In this document: piece after piece, positions 42,377 to 52,814 of the stretch | How the letters are laid out: the number at the start of each line of letters is the position of its first letter | Position numbering within the stretch: position 1 is the stretch's first letter | Virus record (IMG/VR): IMGVR_UViG_3300025450_001231 | Reading direction: 5' to 3' (one strand) | Length of the DNA: 64,000 nt | Source: a virus | Lineage: Duplodnaviria > Caudoviricetes | Translations under genes and position numbers: made by a program | Notes under the pieces: model-generated | What the model saw: the letters and a program-made list of their open reading frames with translations, nothing else | Databases searched by the model: none | What the model was told of the DNA's origin: nothing

Positions 42377-43651
42377 ATGGCAACTCAAACAACCAGTAAC
42401 GAAAAAACTAAAAAATCCCGTATCAAAGAAACTACAGATCCCGCATTGGATCGTTTGATTCGTGAAAAATTGGTTACTGCTCGAATTGGACTTTTGCTCA
42501 GAGCACCATTCTTTGGTAACTTGGCAACTCGTTTGGAATTGATTAATGCAGACGCTTGGTGTGATACTGCTGCTACCGACGGTCGCAAGTTTTATTACAA
42601 TACAGAATTTATCAATGGTCTCAAACCTAAAGAAGTAGAATTCTTATTTGGTCACGAAGTGTTGCACAATGTTTATGATCATATGGGCCGTAACGGTGAT
42701 CACAGAGATCGTCGATTGTTTAATTGTGCCGCAGACTATTGTGTTAATGCAGATTTGCTTGAACAAAGAATTGGCGACAAAATTACTCCTTGCTTGTATG
42801 ATCCAAAATACAAAGGTTGGAGTGCTGAAGAAGTCTATGATGACTTATACGACAAGGCAGAAAAAATCGACATCGGCGCACTAATGGACCAATTGCTAGA
42901 CGAACATATGGACGGTGATGATGGAGAAGGCGAAGGTGAGGGTGACGGTGATGGTAACGATCGTCCACGTTTGAGTGCTGCAGACCGCCAGGCCGTCAGA
43001 GACGAGATTCGTGAAGCAGTATTACAAGCCGCACAGGCTACAGGGGCAAGTAACTTGCCGTCAGGTGTAAAACGCCTTATTAAGGATCTAACTGCTCCTG
43101 TTGTCGACTGGCGTGAACTGTTAGAGCAACAGATTCAAAGTACAGTTAAAGATGACTTCAGCTGGATGCGTCCCAATCGTCGCAGTTGGCATATGGATGC
43201 TATTATGCCTGGTATGAAACCCGGTACACAAATTGATGTGTGTATTGCTATTGATACTTCGGGCAGTATCGGCGAGGACGATATCAAAGCATTTATGACT
43301 GAGATCAAAGGTATTATGGAAGCATATGATGAGTATAAAATACAAGTGTGGAGTTTCGACACAAGTGTATACAATCATAAAACATATACTAGCGATACGC
43401 TAACGGACATTTTGACTTACGAACCCCAAGGTGGGGGCGGTACAGACTTTGAAGTCAATTGGGTTTATATGAAAGAAAATCAAATTGAGCCTAAGAAGTT
43501 TATTATGTTTACAGACGGATGCCCATTTGGTTCGTGGGGTGACCCAGACTACTGTGACACAGTATTTGTTATCAAAGGCAACGAGCGAGCTGAGCCACCA
43601 TTTGGTGTTTGGGCAATTTATGAACAAGCAAAAGAAAAGGCCAAAGCATAA
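42377..43651 (+). CDS. Metallopeptidase-like + VWA domain protein (DUF2201-type MoxR partner)
   Basis: TAATDG, GHEVLHNVYDH (HEXXH), NCAADY, acidic linker, MIDAS IDTSGS, GGGGTDF, MFTDG. Confidence 0.88.
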   Translation: MATQTTSNEKTKKSRIKETTDPALDRLIREKLVTARIGLLLRAPFFGNLATRLELINADAWCDTAATDGRKFYYNTEFINGLKPKEVEFLFGHEVLHNVYDHMGRNGDHRDRRLFNCAADYCVNADLLEQRIGDKITPCLYDPKYKGWSAEEVYDDLYDKAEKIDIGALMDQLLDEHMDGDDGEGEGEGDGDGNDRPRLSAADRQAVRDEIREAVLQAAQATGASNLPSGVKRLIKDLTAPVVDWRELLEQQIQSTVKDDFSWMRPNRRSWHMDAIMPGMKPGTQIDVCIAIDTSGSIGEDDIKAFMTEIKGIMEAYDEYKIQVWSFDTSVYNHKTYTSDTLTDILTYEPQGGGGTDFEVNWVYMKENQIEPKKFIMFTDGCPFGSWGDPDYCDTVFVIKGNERAEPPFGVWAIYEQAKEKAKA

Positions 43652-43929
43652 TGCTTAAACACGGAGAAATCAATCCGTTAAATGTGTTTGGGTTAAGGGA
43701 GGTCGACCATCTCCCTCCCCATTTTTCTCAAGTACCGTTTAATATCAGCACTACAGAAAAACATATCAAAGACTGGATATACGAAAACTTAGAAGGTCGA
43801 TTTTGGTTAGGTGACATTTATAATTCTTCCGGTAAAACAGCAGAAATGCACAAGTGTGCGGCCTTTGAAGTTCACAGTGAAGCGTCTTATTTTAGTTTAT
43901 TATTAGACCAAATCAACAAGTGGGAATAA
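43651..43929 (+). CDS. Hypothetical phage protein
   Basis: 92 aa. Confidence 0.65.
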   Translation: MLKHGEINPLNVFGLREVDHLPPHFSQVPFNISTTEKHIKDWIYENLEGRFWLGDIYNSSGKTAEMHKCAAFEVHSEASYFSLLLDQINKWE

Positions 43930-43990
43930 AAAATTTCGTACCTGACAAAATAGAGTAAATATTTGTACATTAATTAATGGAGTATATATA

Positions 43991-44308
43991 ATGTCAGACG
44001 ATATCCAAACAACACCAGATACAGCAGAAGCTGCACCTGCACAAACCCAAATTCAATTACCTATCAATGATATGGTAGTAGCACTTCAAGCAATTCAATT
44101 GGCTTCTCAACGTGGTGCATATCAACCAGGCGATTTTTCTAGCATTGGCGGTTCTTATGAAAGAATTTTTAACTTCTTAGTAAGCGTCGGCGCAGTTGGA
44201 GCTCCTGAAGCTACACAAGAAGCAACTGAAGAAACTGCACCAGAAACTACCTCGGATGTTCCTGTAGATGCAGCACCTGTAGCAGATAGCACAGTAGCAC
44301 CACAATAA
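43991..44308 (+). CDS. Acidic hypothetical protein
   Basis: TAAATA at 43956-43961; core LQAIQLASQRGAYQ with disordered ends. Confidence 0.7.
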   Translation: MSDDIQTTPDTAEAAPAQTQIQLPINDMVVALQAIQLASQRGAYQPGDFSSIGGSYERIFNFLVSVGAVGAPEATQEATEETAPETTSDVPVDAAPVADSTVAPQ

Positions 44309-44327
44309 GCAATTCAAGGATAATATC

Positions 44328-45020
44328 ATGATCAAACACGTAGGTAAACACAACAACAAAAAATGTATTCTATTATTCAGAACCGTTCCAGGCGAACCAC
44401 ATATGTGCTTGGTCATTTATCCTGACACACTTCCACGTCATATCCATGATGATATCATGACTGCTTTGGAATCTGAAAGCGGCCAACAAGCCAAAGAGTT
44501 CAGTGATTATTTGTTCAGAGTCACACTAAGCGATGGCAACAACGCATTGGAAACTCTACACAAAGAACAAATGATTAAGAAAGTCCCAACTAACCAAGTT
44601 ATCGTTACACCAAATGTAAAGAGTACTGTTAGATTAGACGAACTTAACAGCATCCTTGACAAGATGTCTGCGGGCGAAGAAGCCGTTAAAGAAATGGCCG
44701 ATTTGGACAATGCTGCCGGGATGACTGGCAAACGTAGAGTTCAAGAAGGTCGTACTCCAGGTGAAGTTCGAGTGCCTCGCGAAAGTCGCAGCCAACCTGC
44801 AGTAGTACCAAACACACCGGTTGATTTGACTGAAGTGTTAACAGATGAACAGCTAGCTCAACAAAGATTAGCACAGGCTCAAAAAATGACGGCAGATGCC
44901 AAGGCTTTACTAGCCGAAGCAGATCGTTTGCAGAAAGAAGCAACTGCACTAACTGGTACTAAAAAAGAAAATGGCACAAGAAAAACCAAAAAAACCAAAG
45001 TCGAAAAAGCTGACGCTTAA
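44328..45020 (+). CDS. Hypothetical phage protein
   Basis: 230 aa with a C-terminal coiled coil. Confidence 0.7.
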   Translation: MIKHVGKHNNKKCILLFRTVPGEPHMCLVIYPDTLPRHIHDDIMTALESESGQQAKEFSDYLFRVTLSDGNNALETLHKEQMIKKVPTNQVIVTPNVKSTVRLDELNSILDKMSAGEEAVKEMADLDNAAGMTGKRRVQEGRTPGEVRVPRESRSQPAVVPNTPVDLTEVLTDEQLAQQRLAQAQKMTADAKALLAEADRLQKEATALTGTKKENGTRKTKKTKVEKADA

Positions 45021-45306
45021 TCCAAAGACAACTTGGAAAAATATTCTTAAGGACGTTGACAAACAAGAAGTACCAATACACGTATTAGAAAAACTAATGG
45101 TGTATCTTAAAGACGGAACTATTATTACTGTAGATATTAAAAAATTATTAAGCGAAGGAGCGGATCCTACAGAAGTAGAAGATCACGTACAATCCAGACT
45201 TACTGATTTAGATATGTACATCGACAACGTTGACTTTTTTGTGGATATTGATCTAGTAGAGCGTACAGTACAACCAGAGACAGATAGAATATTATCAAAA
45301 TTATGA
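44971..45306 (+). CDS. Hypothetical phage protein
   Basis: 111 aa. Confidence 0.65.
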   Translation: MAQEKPKKPKSKKLTLNPKTTWKNILKDVDKQEVPIHVLEKLMVYLKDGTIITVDIKKLLSEGADPTEVEDHVQSRLTDLDMYIDNVDFFVDIDLVERTVQPETDRILSKL

Positions 45307-45809
45307 TCAAGGCAATTTTTGCTGTAGATTATTGGGGTGGAATGGGCTTTAACGGTACACTACCGTGGCCCAGTCATTCCGAAGATTTACAATACTTCAA
45401 AGAACAAACACAGGGACATATAGTCATAATGGGTCGTAAGACCTGGGATGATCCCAAGATGCCTAAGCCGTTGGCCGACAGGACTACTTACGTAGTTACC
45501 AATAGGCCTTTATTTGGTCACGGTGTAAAAACAATTCGAGGTGACATAGCTGAACGTGTTAAAAATATACAAGCAGAAAATCCCACCAAGACTGTTTGGA
45601 TTATAGGTGGGCCAGATATTTTAATGGCCACAAAAGATATTGTGCAAGAAGCACATATTACGCATTTCAAAACTCAATGTAGAGTAGATGTTCAAATTGA
45701 CTTGAGAAAGTATTTGAGCTTATTCAGAGCAACAGGTGCAGCTCCTAGTACTGATAGGAAGTGTAACTGGACTACTTACAAAAACATCAATCCTTTTAAT
45801 TCATATTAA
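45303..45809 (+). CDS. folA: Dihydrofolate reductase
   Basis: IFAVD..GGMG..GTLPWP, DLQYFK, VIMGRKTW, PLADR, WIIGG. Confidence 0.93.
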   Translation: MIKAIFAVDYWGGMGFNGTLPWPSHSEDLQYFKEQTQGHIVIMGRKTWDDPKMPKPLADRTTYVVTNRPLFGHGVKTIRGDIAERVKNIQAENPTKTVWIIGGPDILMATKDIVQEAHITHFKTQCRVDVQIDLRKYLSLFRATGAAPSTDRKCNWTTYKNINPFNSY

Positions 45810-45812
45810 ATT

Positions 45813-46712
45813 ATGCAACAATATTTAACTGCGCTAGAGCAAGTATTAACCCAAGGCACGACTAAATCGGATAGAACCGGAACAGGAACTATTAGTTTAT
45901 TCGGTATGCAACAACGCTATGATCTCAGTCAAAGCTTTCCTGCAGTTACTACTAAAAAACTAGCGTGGCGTAGTGTTGTATCAGAGTTGTTGTGGTTTAT
46001 TGAAGGTTCAGGGGACGAACGACGCCTACGGGAAATCTTACACGGGGATAGAAACTCAGTGAAAGACACCATCTGGACTGCCAATGCCACAGCACCATAT
46101 TGGCAACCTCGAGCCAATTATGATGGAGACTTAGGTCGTATATACGGAGTACAGTGGAGGCACTGGAGGAAATATACAGAACAAAAAGATATGGGCCCTG
46201 CTCATTTAGGAGGTACCCGTGTTGCCGCAGATCGTTATGAAATAGATCAACTTGTACAGTTAATCGAAGGAATTAAAAGCGATCCCAACGGACGCAGACA
46301 TATATTAAGTGCGTGGAATCCTGGAGAGTTAGATCAAATGGCATTACCTCCTTGCCACGTATTTGCGCAGTTCTCTGTTACAGATGGCCGACTAAGTTGC
46401 CAAATGTATCAAAGAAGTTGTGATATGGTTTTAGGTGTACCTTTCAATATTGCCAGCTATTCCTTGCTTACGCATCTGATAGCTCAAGTGTGCGAATTAC
46501 AGGTAGGAGAGTTCGTTCACGTACTAGGCGACGCACACATATACCTAAACCATGTAGATCAGGCAAAAGAACAATTGAAGCGTGAACCCTTGCCTGCGCC
46601 ACAACTTTGGTTAAATCCTGATATTACTGATATCGATAAGTTTACTATGAGTGATATCCGACTGGATAATTATCAATCTCACAGTGCAATACACGCACCA
46701 ATGGCAGTATGA
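45813..46712 (+). CDS. thyA: Thymidylate synthase
   Basis: DRTGTGT, TTKKLAW, ELLWF, YGVQWR, RRHILSAWNP, MALPPCH, YQRSCD..LGVPFNIASY, DAHIY. Confidence 0.96.
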   Translation: MQQYLTALEQVLTQGTTKSDRTGTGTISLFGMQQRYDLSQSFPAVTTKKLAWRSVVSELLWFIEGSGDERRLREILHGDRNSVKDTIWTANATAPYWQPRANYDGDLGRIYGVQWRHWRKYTEQKDMGPAHLGGTRVAADRYEIDQLVQLIEGIKSDPNGRRHILSAWNPGELDQMALPPCHVFAQFSVTDGRLSCQMYQRSCDMVLGVPFNIASYSLLTHLIAQVCELQVGEFVHVLGDAHIYLNHVDQAKEQLKREPLPAPQLWLNPDITDIDKFTMSDIRLDNYQSHSAIHAPMAV

Positions 46713-46963
46713 CAAAATTAGTTGTGCACAGTTTTACTATGTCTGACTGTGAAGATCCTGAGATTTATGCTGCTGAGCCAGTTTGGCAATGGCAACAAAC
46801 TGATGCAGGTCGATGGATTATGGAAAATAGTCGACCCGATCCCCAATGGACTGTAAGTCTCGACCATAGAACATATGGGTATCGAGTACATATTACTGCT
46901 AATTTAGAGCCCGATCTTGCTACTTACTGGGCCCTAAAGTGGGGAAATACTAGTAAGAATTAA
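46709..46963 (+). CDS. Hypothetical protein with LKWG near the C-terminus
   Basis: 84 aa, ATGA-coupled to thyA. Confidence 0.6.
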   Translation: MTKLVVHSFTMSDCEDPEIYAAEPVWQWQQTDAGRWIMENSRPDPQWTVSLDHRTYGYRVHITANLEPDLATYWALKWGNTSKN

Positions 46964-47136
46964 CCGCCACGTCCCGCAGCACGTTTTGTCGGTCTATTCA
47001 TTTGTACTTGTGGTTTGAATTTTGCAGCCTGTACTGCTGATGTTTTTGAACCTGGAACTTTTGGTTGCGCTGCAGCTGCTTTGGCTGCATTGGCCATATT
47101 AATAAATGGATTAGTTGATTTTTTCTGTTCAGTCAT
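46960..47136 (-). CDS. Small basic Ala/Lys-rich protein absent from the ORF track (58 aa, ends RAAGRGG)
   Basis: SD AAGGAG 8 nt before the ATG; MTEQKKSTNPFINMANAAKAAAAQPKVPG... Confidence 0.75.
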   Translation of the reverse strand: MTEQKKSTNPFINMANAAKAAAAQPKVPGSKTSAVQAAKFKPQVQMNRPTKRAAGRGG

Positions 47137-47148
47137 TTTAGAATCTCC

Positions 47149-48555
47149 TTAAAAAATTCCTTGCCAAGTAGTTGAATTAGTTTTTGTACTTATGTTAGCA
47201 GGTCTCCAAGTAGTTGCATCTGTTTTAACATATACTGCAGTAACATTAGCCCACGTAGTTGCATCTGTTTTGACACGTATATTAGAACCAGTGGAAACAA
47301 CATTACCGCTACTACCTATTGCATTGGAATATATATTATACACTAAATCACTGTAAGGTGCACCCAATCCGGTTACCGGATCCCATCCTACAGTAGATGC
47401 ATAACCAATAATACTTACATTTGTATCATTGTTACCTGTTGTAATATCGTAGAAAGCAGTGGTATTACCGTAAAATAACGGTCCCAATGGTTGTGTTGGT
47501 CGTTTGCCTGTTAATGCTACATAACGTGCTATCATACCAGCCATCATTGGTGCGGCTGCACTGGTACCACCAAATCCGCCGATAGAACCATTCATATACA
47601 ATCCATAGGCATTCATGGGACCAGCTATGTCAGGCACACCTCTGTATGTTAGTGAAGTAGGACTACCTGTTGTATTTGTAGATGCTTGATAAGTTCTATA
47701 AGTAAGACCTGACTGCCAACTTGGCACTGGTACATAAGTACTCAATCCACCACCACCGCCCCAAGTAGTTGGAAATCCAGGATCAACTGCATGAGATTCT
47801 GGTACTTCACTTGCACGTACATTTCCTGTACCAAAAGATAAATGCGTTCCGCCTACACTTATTATGTTAGGGCTTGAGCCAGGGTATTGCACTTCTGTTA
47901 AAGGAGTACCGGTAGTTGGCTCCGATCCGTTGTCGCCTGATGCTACAACAACGGTTATGCCTTTTGCGGCTGCGTTGGCAAAAGTATTAGCAAGAAAATC
48001 ACCTAAATAATATGAAGTCCCGCTTTGAACTAACTTTTCAGCATACCCCCAACTAATACTAATAACATCAACATTATCGTCGATCGCTCTTTGGACTGCA
48101 TTTGCAAATCCTGTTGGATGCGCAGCATTATAACTTGCTGCATATACTGGATCTGCAAATAAACTTGGAAGAATTCCGCCTGATATATAAATTGAAATAT
48201 TAGCTGATGGAACTAATCCTGCCACGCAATATAAATCTAAAGTATTTTCTCCGCTGCCGTTATCTGATGGATTAAAAACACCAGATGCTCCATCGAGTAA
48301 AACTTTTCGTATGGTAGGAGCAGTCAAGCCTATGTCCGATAACGAACTATTAAGATCACTTTGTAAAAATCCACCACCCAAACTAATAACACCAACTTTT
48401 ACACCAGCGCCATTGCTAGCTGGCATATTATACGCAGTTGAGATCTGCGGAGGGGTCATCCCTGCATCTGCAACGTGAGTATAGTTGGGATCAGTGCCGT
48501 ATACAGTTAAGTAAGAATTTACATTGGCTTGGATTGATTGAATGGTATCACTCAT
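47149..48555 (-). CDS. S53 (sedolisin/kumamolisin-like) serine protease, tail-associated
   Basis: GENTLD (E-x3-D), ASGDNG, RGVPDIA, GGTSAAAP, Ca site YDITTGNN / GWDPVTGLG; C-terminal VKTDATTW repeats. Confidence 0.88.
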   Translation of the reverse strand: MSDTIQSIQANVNSYLTVYGTDPNYTHVADAGMTPPQISTAYNMPASNGAGVKVGVISLGGGFLQSDLNSSLSDIGLTAPTIRKVLLDGASGVFNPSDNGSGENTLDLYCVAGLVPSANISIYISGGILPSLFADPVYAASYNAAHPTGFANAVQRAIDDNVDVISISWGYAEKLVQSGTSYYLGDFLANTFANAAAKGITVVVASGDNGSEPTTGTPLTEVQYPGSSPNIISVGGTHLSFGTGNVRASEVPESHAVDPGFPTTWGGGGGLSTYVPVPSWQSGLTYRTYQASTNTTGSPTSLTYRGVPDIAGPMNAYGLYMNGSIGGFGGTSAAAPMMAGMIARYVALTGKRPTQPLGPLFYGNTTAFYDITTGNNDTNVSIIGYASTVGWDPVTGLGAPYSDLVYNIYSNAIGSSGNVVSTGSNIRVKTDATTWANVTAVYVKTDATTWRPANISTKTNSTTWQGIF

Positions 48556-48557
48556 TT

Positions 48558-49946
48558 TTAACTATATTTAATCCAAATATCGCCAATAGCACCTTGCCCC
48601 GATGATGGTGCTGAACTACTTACAAATATGTTTCTAGTTTGGCTAGAAGTTACTACTGCATTTCCGCCGATATTAGCTTGAGTAGCAGTAACTGTACCAG
48701 TTATACTAATTCCGCCTGTACCAGTGATATTGTGGTTGTTCAAACTTAAACTGCCGCCCAATGAAGGATTGGTATCTTGTGAAACTGATGTTATGCCGGA
48801 CCCACCGCCGCCACCTGACGCTGTAATCCATTGTATTCCAGTTCCTGTAGAAGATAGTACTTGTCCACTTGTGCCAAGCGAATAATTGTTATCGATTATG
48901 CCTCTATTATTAAATATTGCAATATTACCATATACTGACAGATTTCCAAATACTGACGCATCCCCAAAAGAAGTGACAGTAAGACCGCTTATGCCACCAT
49001 AGACTTGTACGTTACCAGTACCACCAATACTATGATTAAATAAATTCAGATTCCCGCCAAGTCTTGGACACGTATCACAATGTAATCCTGATATCCCAGA
49101 ACCACCTGATGCCGTAGTCCACTGGACTCCAGTGCCTGTAGAAGATAGTACTTGTCCACTTGTGCCATATGAGAAACTATTATCTCTTATTCCGCCGCCG
49201 ATACCTAAGTTACCGCCAAATTGACCACCGCCCACTACTGATAATGCAACAGGTGCACTACTTAAAATAGTAGTTGCATTAGCTATATAACCGCCTGAGA
49301 ATGAGCCGCCACCGCTTGGGCCTGACGGTCCTTGCGGTCCTTGTGGTCCTTGTGCCCCAGACCCACCGCCGCCAGAAGAGCAAGACCATTGCACTCCGGT
49401 ACCTGTAGAAGTTAATACTTGTCCACTTGTACCATAATTACTACCTGCTTTGAGTGCGCCAGATACTTGTAGGTTTCCGCTAACACCAATATTACCAACA
49501 ACACTTAATCCTAGTGCTGCGCCAGATATAATAGTAATGGCAGATGTTACAATTCCGCCATTAAAAGTAGGACCGCTTGGTCCGCTTGGTCCTTGTGGTC
49601 CAGATACTCCCGATGGTCCGCTTGGTCCTTGTGGGCCAGACGCACCCGATGGTCCGCTTGGTCCTTGTGGTCCAGATACGCCTGATGGTCCGCTTGGTCC
49701 TTGTGGACCAGATGCACCCGATGGTCCGCTTGGGCCGGACGCACCCGATGGTCCTTGCGGTCCTCTAAGTCCAGTAGGACCTTGTGCGCCTTGCGGGCCT
49801 TGTGTTCCTGATATTGCGTGACCGCCCGCCGTGGTTCCGTCACCCATATAGAGTGTATAAGTGTCTGTCGCCCAGACCGGTTCACCTAACGCAGGGGTTA
49901 CGTTAGCTATTTGTGAAGCAGTGCCTTTTCTAAATTTTAATGCCAT
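48558..49946 (-). CDS. Collagen-like tail fibre protein
   Basis: N-terminal LKFRKG...[15 protein letters not shown] (Mtd_N-like), G-P-x repeats, three GTSGQVL(T/S)STGTG(V/I)QW modules, C-terminal GDIW; TATAAATA on the - strand at 49971-49978. Confidence 0.85.
   Translation of the reverse strand: MALKFRKGTASQIANVTPALGEPVWATDTYTLYMGDGTTAGGHAISGTQGPQGAQGPTGLRGPQGPSGASGPSGPSGASGPQGPSGPSGVSGPQGPSGPSGASGPQGPSGPSGVSGPQGPSGPSGPTFNGGIVTSAITIISGAALGLSVVGNIGVSGNLQVSGALKAGSNYGTSGQVLTSTGTGVQWSCSSGGGGSGAQGPQGPQGPSGPSGGGSFSGGYIANATTILSSAPVALSVVGGGQFGGNLGIGGGIRDNSFSYGTSGQVLSSTGTGVQWTTASGGSGISGLHCDTCPRLGGNLNLFNHSIGGTGNVQVYGGISGLTVTSFGDASVFGNLSVYGNIAIFNNRGIIDNNYSLGTSGQVLSSTGTGIQWITASGGGGGSGITSVSQDTNPSLGGSLSLNNHNITGTGGISITGTVTATQANIGGNAVVTSSQTRNIFVSSSAPSSGQGAIGDIWIKYS
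49565..49805 (-). repeat. Collagen-coding tandem repeats (36-bp unit, [10 protein letters not shown](A/V)S)
   Basis: Repeated GGTCCGCTTGGTCCTTGTGG on the + strand at 36-bp spacing. Confidence 0.9.
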
Positions 49947-49973
49947 TGCTGTATTCTCGAGTATATTTTATAT

Positions 49974-52805
49974 TTATATGTTTCCAAAATCAATATCAAC
50001 AGGATTTGAGCTATTGATATCTCCAAAATCTAAATCACTACCGCCAAGGCTAACAGTTCCGGTGGCAGGTGTAGTCCATTGGACTCCTGTACCCGTAGAA
50101 GTTAATACTTGTCCGCTTGTGCCGTACCCGCCGCCGGCATTGATTGCTCCAGATATTTGTAAATTTCCGCTAACACCAACATTACCAACAACACTCAATC
50201 CCAATGTTGCGCCGGTTATAAGTGTAATAGGGTTAGTTACATACCCGCCATTGAAACTACTGCCGCCGCCTGACGGTGTAGTCCATTGGACTCCTGTGCC
50301 CGTAGAAGTTAATACTTGTCCGTTTGCACCTATAGAACCGTTTGCTGACAAACTACCGCTCAATGTTAAAGAACTACCAATTGTAGCATTGGTATTAACT
50401 ATCAATACATTTGTTGCAGTATTACCAGTAAATTGTGCAGTAGATGCAGTAATGGTACCATTTGTACTAATTGCAAATACTGTTTGACTGTTAGCAGCAT
50501 TTACACCCCTAACATAGTATCCTACAGGAGAAGAGTCTGAGGATCTTTGTAAAAATAGTGTATCGTATCCAGGCTGATTACCAAATTGTCTTAGTCCAAC
50601 CGGTGTATTTTGTACTGGAGAAGTTGCTCCCACACGTACACCTTGATAATTTATGTTAGCAAGACTTAGATCTAATCCATAATCTACAGTAACACCTGAA
50701 GTGGTATTGGCTGCTTTTATTAGTGTAGAACCAGTTTGTCCGCCCACTCCGTCGAACCACATACCGTGCTTCCAACGATTCGACGTCGAAGTAGATCCAG
50801 CTAAAAATGCTGCACTAGGAGCTGCAGAACCGCCGGACATCATATCAACACCTAAATTATGTCCTACTGTTCTAGGATCAGGAGCATTGACAGTAGAATT
50901 CATATCTCCTTCTAATACCCAAGATGTTGCACCGTTCGCAGAATCGACAATAGGATTCATACTCCATACTCTTGTATGGGTAGAATCGCCTACCATATAT
51001 GAGTAAACACCTACTAGATCGCCTGCATTTGGATTACCAACCCACCCTGTTTCTTGCCCGGTTACCGGATTGCCGACTCTTAATACTGCTCCACCAACTT
51101 GTGCACCTGCAGAATTTCTATGGGTTACAATTTCTGCACCATCTTCAAATCTATTACCGTTGCCTAGATTATATTGATCTACACTACTGCCAAAATTACA
51201 AGCAACTAATGACAATGGAAATGCCTGATTGTAATTGTTAATTGCAGGTCTTGATGATGTAGGAGTATATCCACCGATTGTAGTGGCAAACCCTGTTCCT
51301 ATTATTGCTATTGGAAATGCGTAAGAGTCGACTGATGCTTGCAAAAACAACAGACTTGTTGCGTATGCATTTGCCAAATGATGGAAATCGCATCCAGTAA
51401 TAGTTGCAGAAATACCTGGTCTATTTACAGTTTGATCTACCCATAACGCTGCTATTCCGCCATTACCTTCAAAGTAAATACCGTGAAGTGCAAAACCAAC
51501 TCCAGATCCTGCTGCACCATTGCCGCCGGAATTACTAATTCTCAATCCCCAACCAGCACCAAGACTTGTTGGAGGACCATTGCCTTCAATACTGCCGCCG
51601 ATAAAATTAAATGTACCGGCACCGGTTACCCATCCGCCATAAGTAAGATTATTTGAAACTGTACAAGAATTAAACTCTATAGCATTTGATTCAGCCACTG
51701 CAGTGCCAGATACAGTTGAGGGAGAAATATTAAATCCCATTTGATTAAATGATATAATATTGCGGTCAAATTTGGAACTTATTAAGTTTGTTCCGACAAT
51801 AGCTTGATTCCAACTTATAAATTCACAATCTCGAACAGATACTGACCATAAGCTCTTTAGGACCAAACCAGCACCGGTACTTGGTATTGAGCCAGTACTT
51901 GCGCCCCCGCCCGACAAAGTTAATCCAGATATAACAACACCAACGCCAAAATCTGTAGAAGAGCTAGGGAAAACATTTAGACCAGTGGCAGTTCGAGTCG
52001 CTTGATAAATCGTAGACGCTCCTGGGCCTTCACCTAACAAGTGAACTCTGACCCCGTGTGCTGGAGTAGCTCCGCCATAATACCCTAATGAAGGGACTAT
52101 TAAATTTAATGCACTGGTTATCTTGTATGTGCCTGCAGGAAAAAATACTGTTCCGCCAGTTACTTGTGCAGCATTAATTGCACTTTGAATGGCAAGAGTA
52201 TCATCGGTGGTCCCGTTGCCTGCTGCACCATAACTTTTTACACTATAGACATATGAAGACGGCCCAGGTGATCCTTGCGGTCCTTGTGGACCTTGTGGCC
52301 CAGTTGTTCCTGCTAGACCAGATGGGCCTGACGGACCTGTAGGACCTGTGCCACCTGGACCTTGTGGTCCTCTGAGTCCGCTTGGACCTTGTGGACCTTG
52401 TGGCCCAGATAAACCAGCTGGACCTTGCGGTCCTTTAAGTCCACTGGGTCCAGTTGGTCCAGTTGGGCCTTGAGCACCAGTTGGGCCTTGAGCACCTTGT
52501 ATACCGGTCCCGTCTGGGCCAGTATTACCGCCGGTATTACCAGTTGTGTGCCAGCTTCCACTGTAATACACATTAAGTTGTTTTGTGCTACTGTTAAACC
52601 AAATTTGCCCAGTTAATGGATTGGCTGGTGCAGCATTACTACTAAAATTTTCTAATAGATGAATAAAATTTTCATCAATAATAGAACCAAAATCACCTGT
52701 GTAATTTTGTCCTATCATTGGCAAAGTAGTTGCAGTAGTATTGATAGTACCGTTTGCAACTACAGTCAATACTGATCCATTTGCTAATTTTAGTGTATAT
52801 GCCAT
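49974..52805 (-). CDS. Tail fibre/spike with collagen segment and pectate-lyase-like beta-helix (depolymerase)
   Basis: Baseplate-anchor N-terminus (YTLKLANG...[10 protein letters not shown]), GPQ/GPS repeats, [26 protein letters not shown]...[10 protein letters not shown], parallel beta-helix pattern. Confidence 0.88.
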   Translation of the reverse strand: MAYTLKLANGSVLTVVANGTINTTATTLPMIGQNYTGDFGSIIDENFIHLLENFSSNAAPANPLTGQIWFNSSTKQLNVYYSGSWHTTGNTGGNTGPDGTGIQGAQGPTGAQGPTGPTGPSGLKGPQGPAGLSGPQGPQGPSGLRGPQGPGGTGPTGPSGPSGLAGTTGPQGPQGPQGSPGPSSYVYSVKSYGAAGNGTTDDTLAIQSAINAAQVTGGTVFFPAGTYKITSALNLIVPSLGYYGGATPAHGVRVHLLGEGPGASTIYQATRTATGLNVFPSSSTDFGVGVVISGLTLSGGGASTGSIPSTGAGLVLKSLWSVSVRDCEFISWNQAIVGTNLISSKFDRNIISFNQMGFNISPSTVSGTAVAESNAIEFNSCTVSNNLTYGGWVTGAGTFNFIGGSIEGNGPPTSLGAGWGLRISNSGGNGAAGSGVGFALHGIYFEGNGGIAALWVDQTVNRPGISATITGCDFHHLANAYATSLLFLQASVDSYAFPIAIIGTGFATTIGGYTPTSSRPAINNYNQAFPLSLVACNFGSSVDQYNLGNGNRFEDGAEIVTHRNSAGAQVGGAVLRVGNPVTGQETGWVGNPNAGDLVGVYSYMVGDSTHTRVWSMNPIVDSANGATSWVLEGDMNSTVNAPDPRTVGHNLGVDMMSGGSAAPSAAFLAGSTSTSNRWKHGMWFDGVGGQTGSTLIKAANTTSGVTVDYGLDLSLANINYQGVRVGATSPVQNTPVGLRQFGNQPGYDTLFLQRSSDSSPVGYYVRGVNAANSQTVFAISTNGTITASTAQFTGNTATNVLIVNTNATIGSSLTLSGSLSANGSIGANGQVLTSTGTGVQWTTPSGGGSSFNGGYVTNPITLITGATLGLSVVGNVGVSGNLQISGAINAGGGYGTSGQVLTSTGTGVQWTTPATGTVSLGGSDLDFGDINSSNPVDIDFGNI

Positions 52806-52814
52806 AGTAAGATA

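Noticed and set aside
30058-46712. FolE/QueD as purely folate-pathway auxiliary genes serving DHFR and ThyA
   Set aside because: Co-location with QueE and a DpdA-like transglycosylase points to 7-deazaguanine synthesis; folA and thyA lie 10 kb away in a separate nucleotide module.
49380-50330. Diversity-generating retroelement TR/VR pair in the fibre genes
   Set aside because: Both copies are coding, differences are not adenine-specific, and there is no reverse transcriptase in the window.
49565-52510. Regular short repeats as a CRISPR array
   Set aside because: The repeats are in-frame collagen (Gly-Pro-X) codons inside long ORFs, with no unique spacers and no cas genes.
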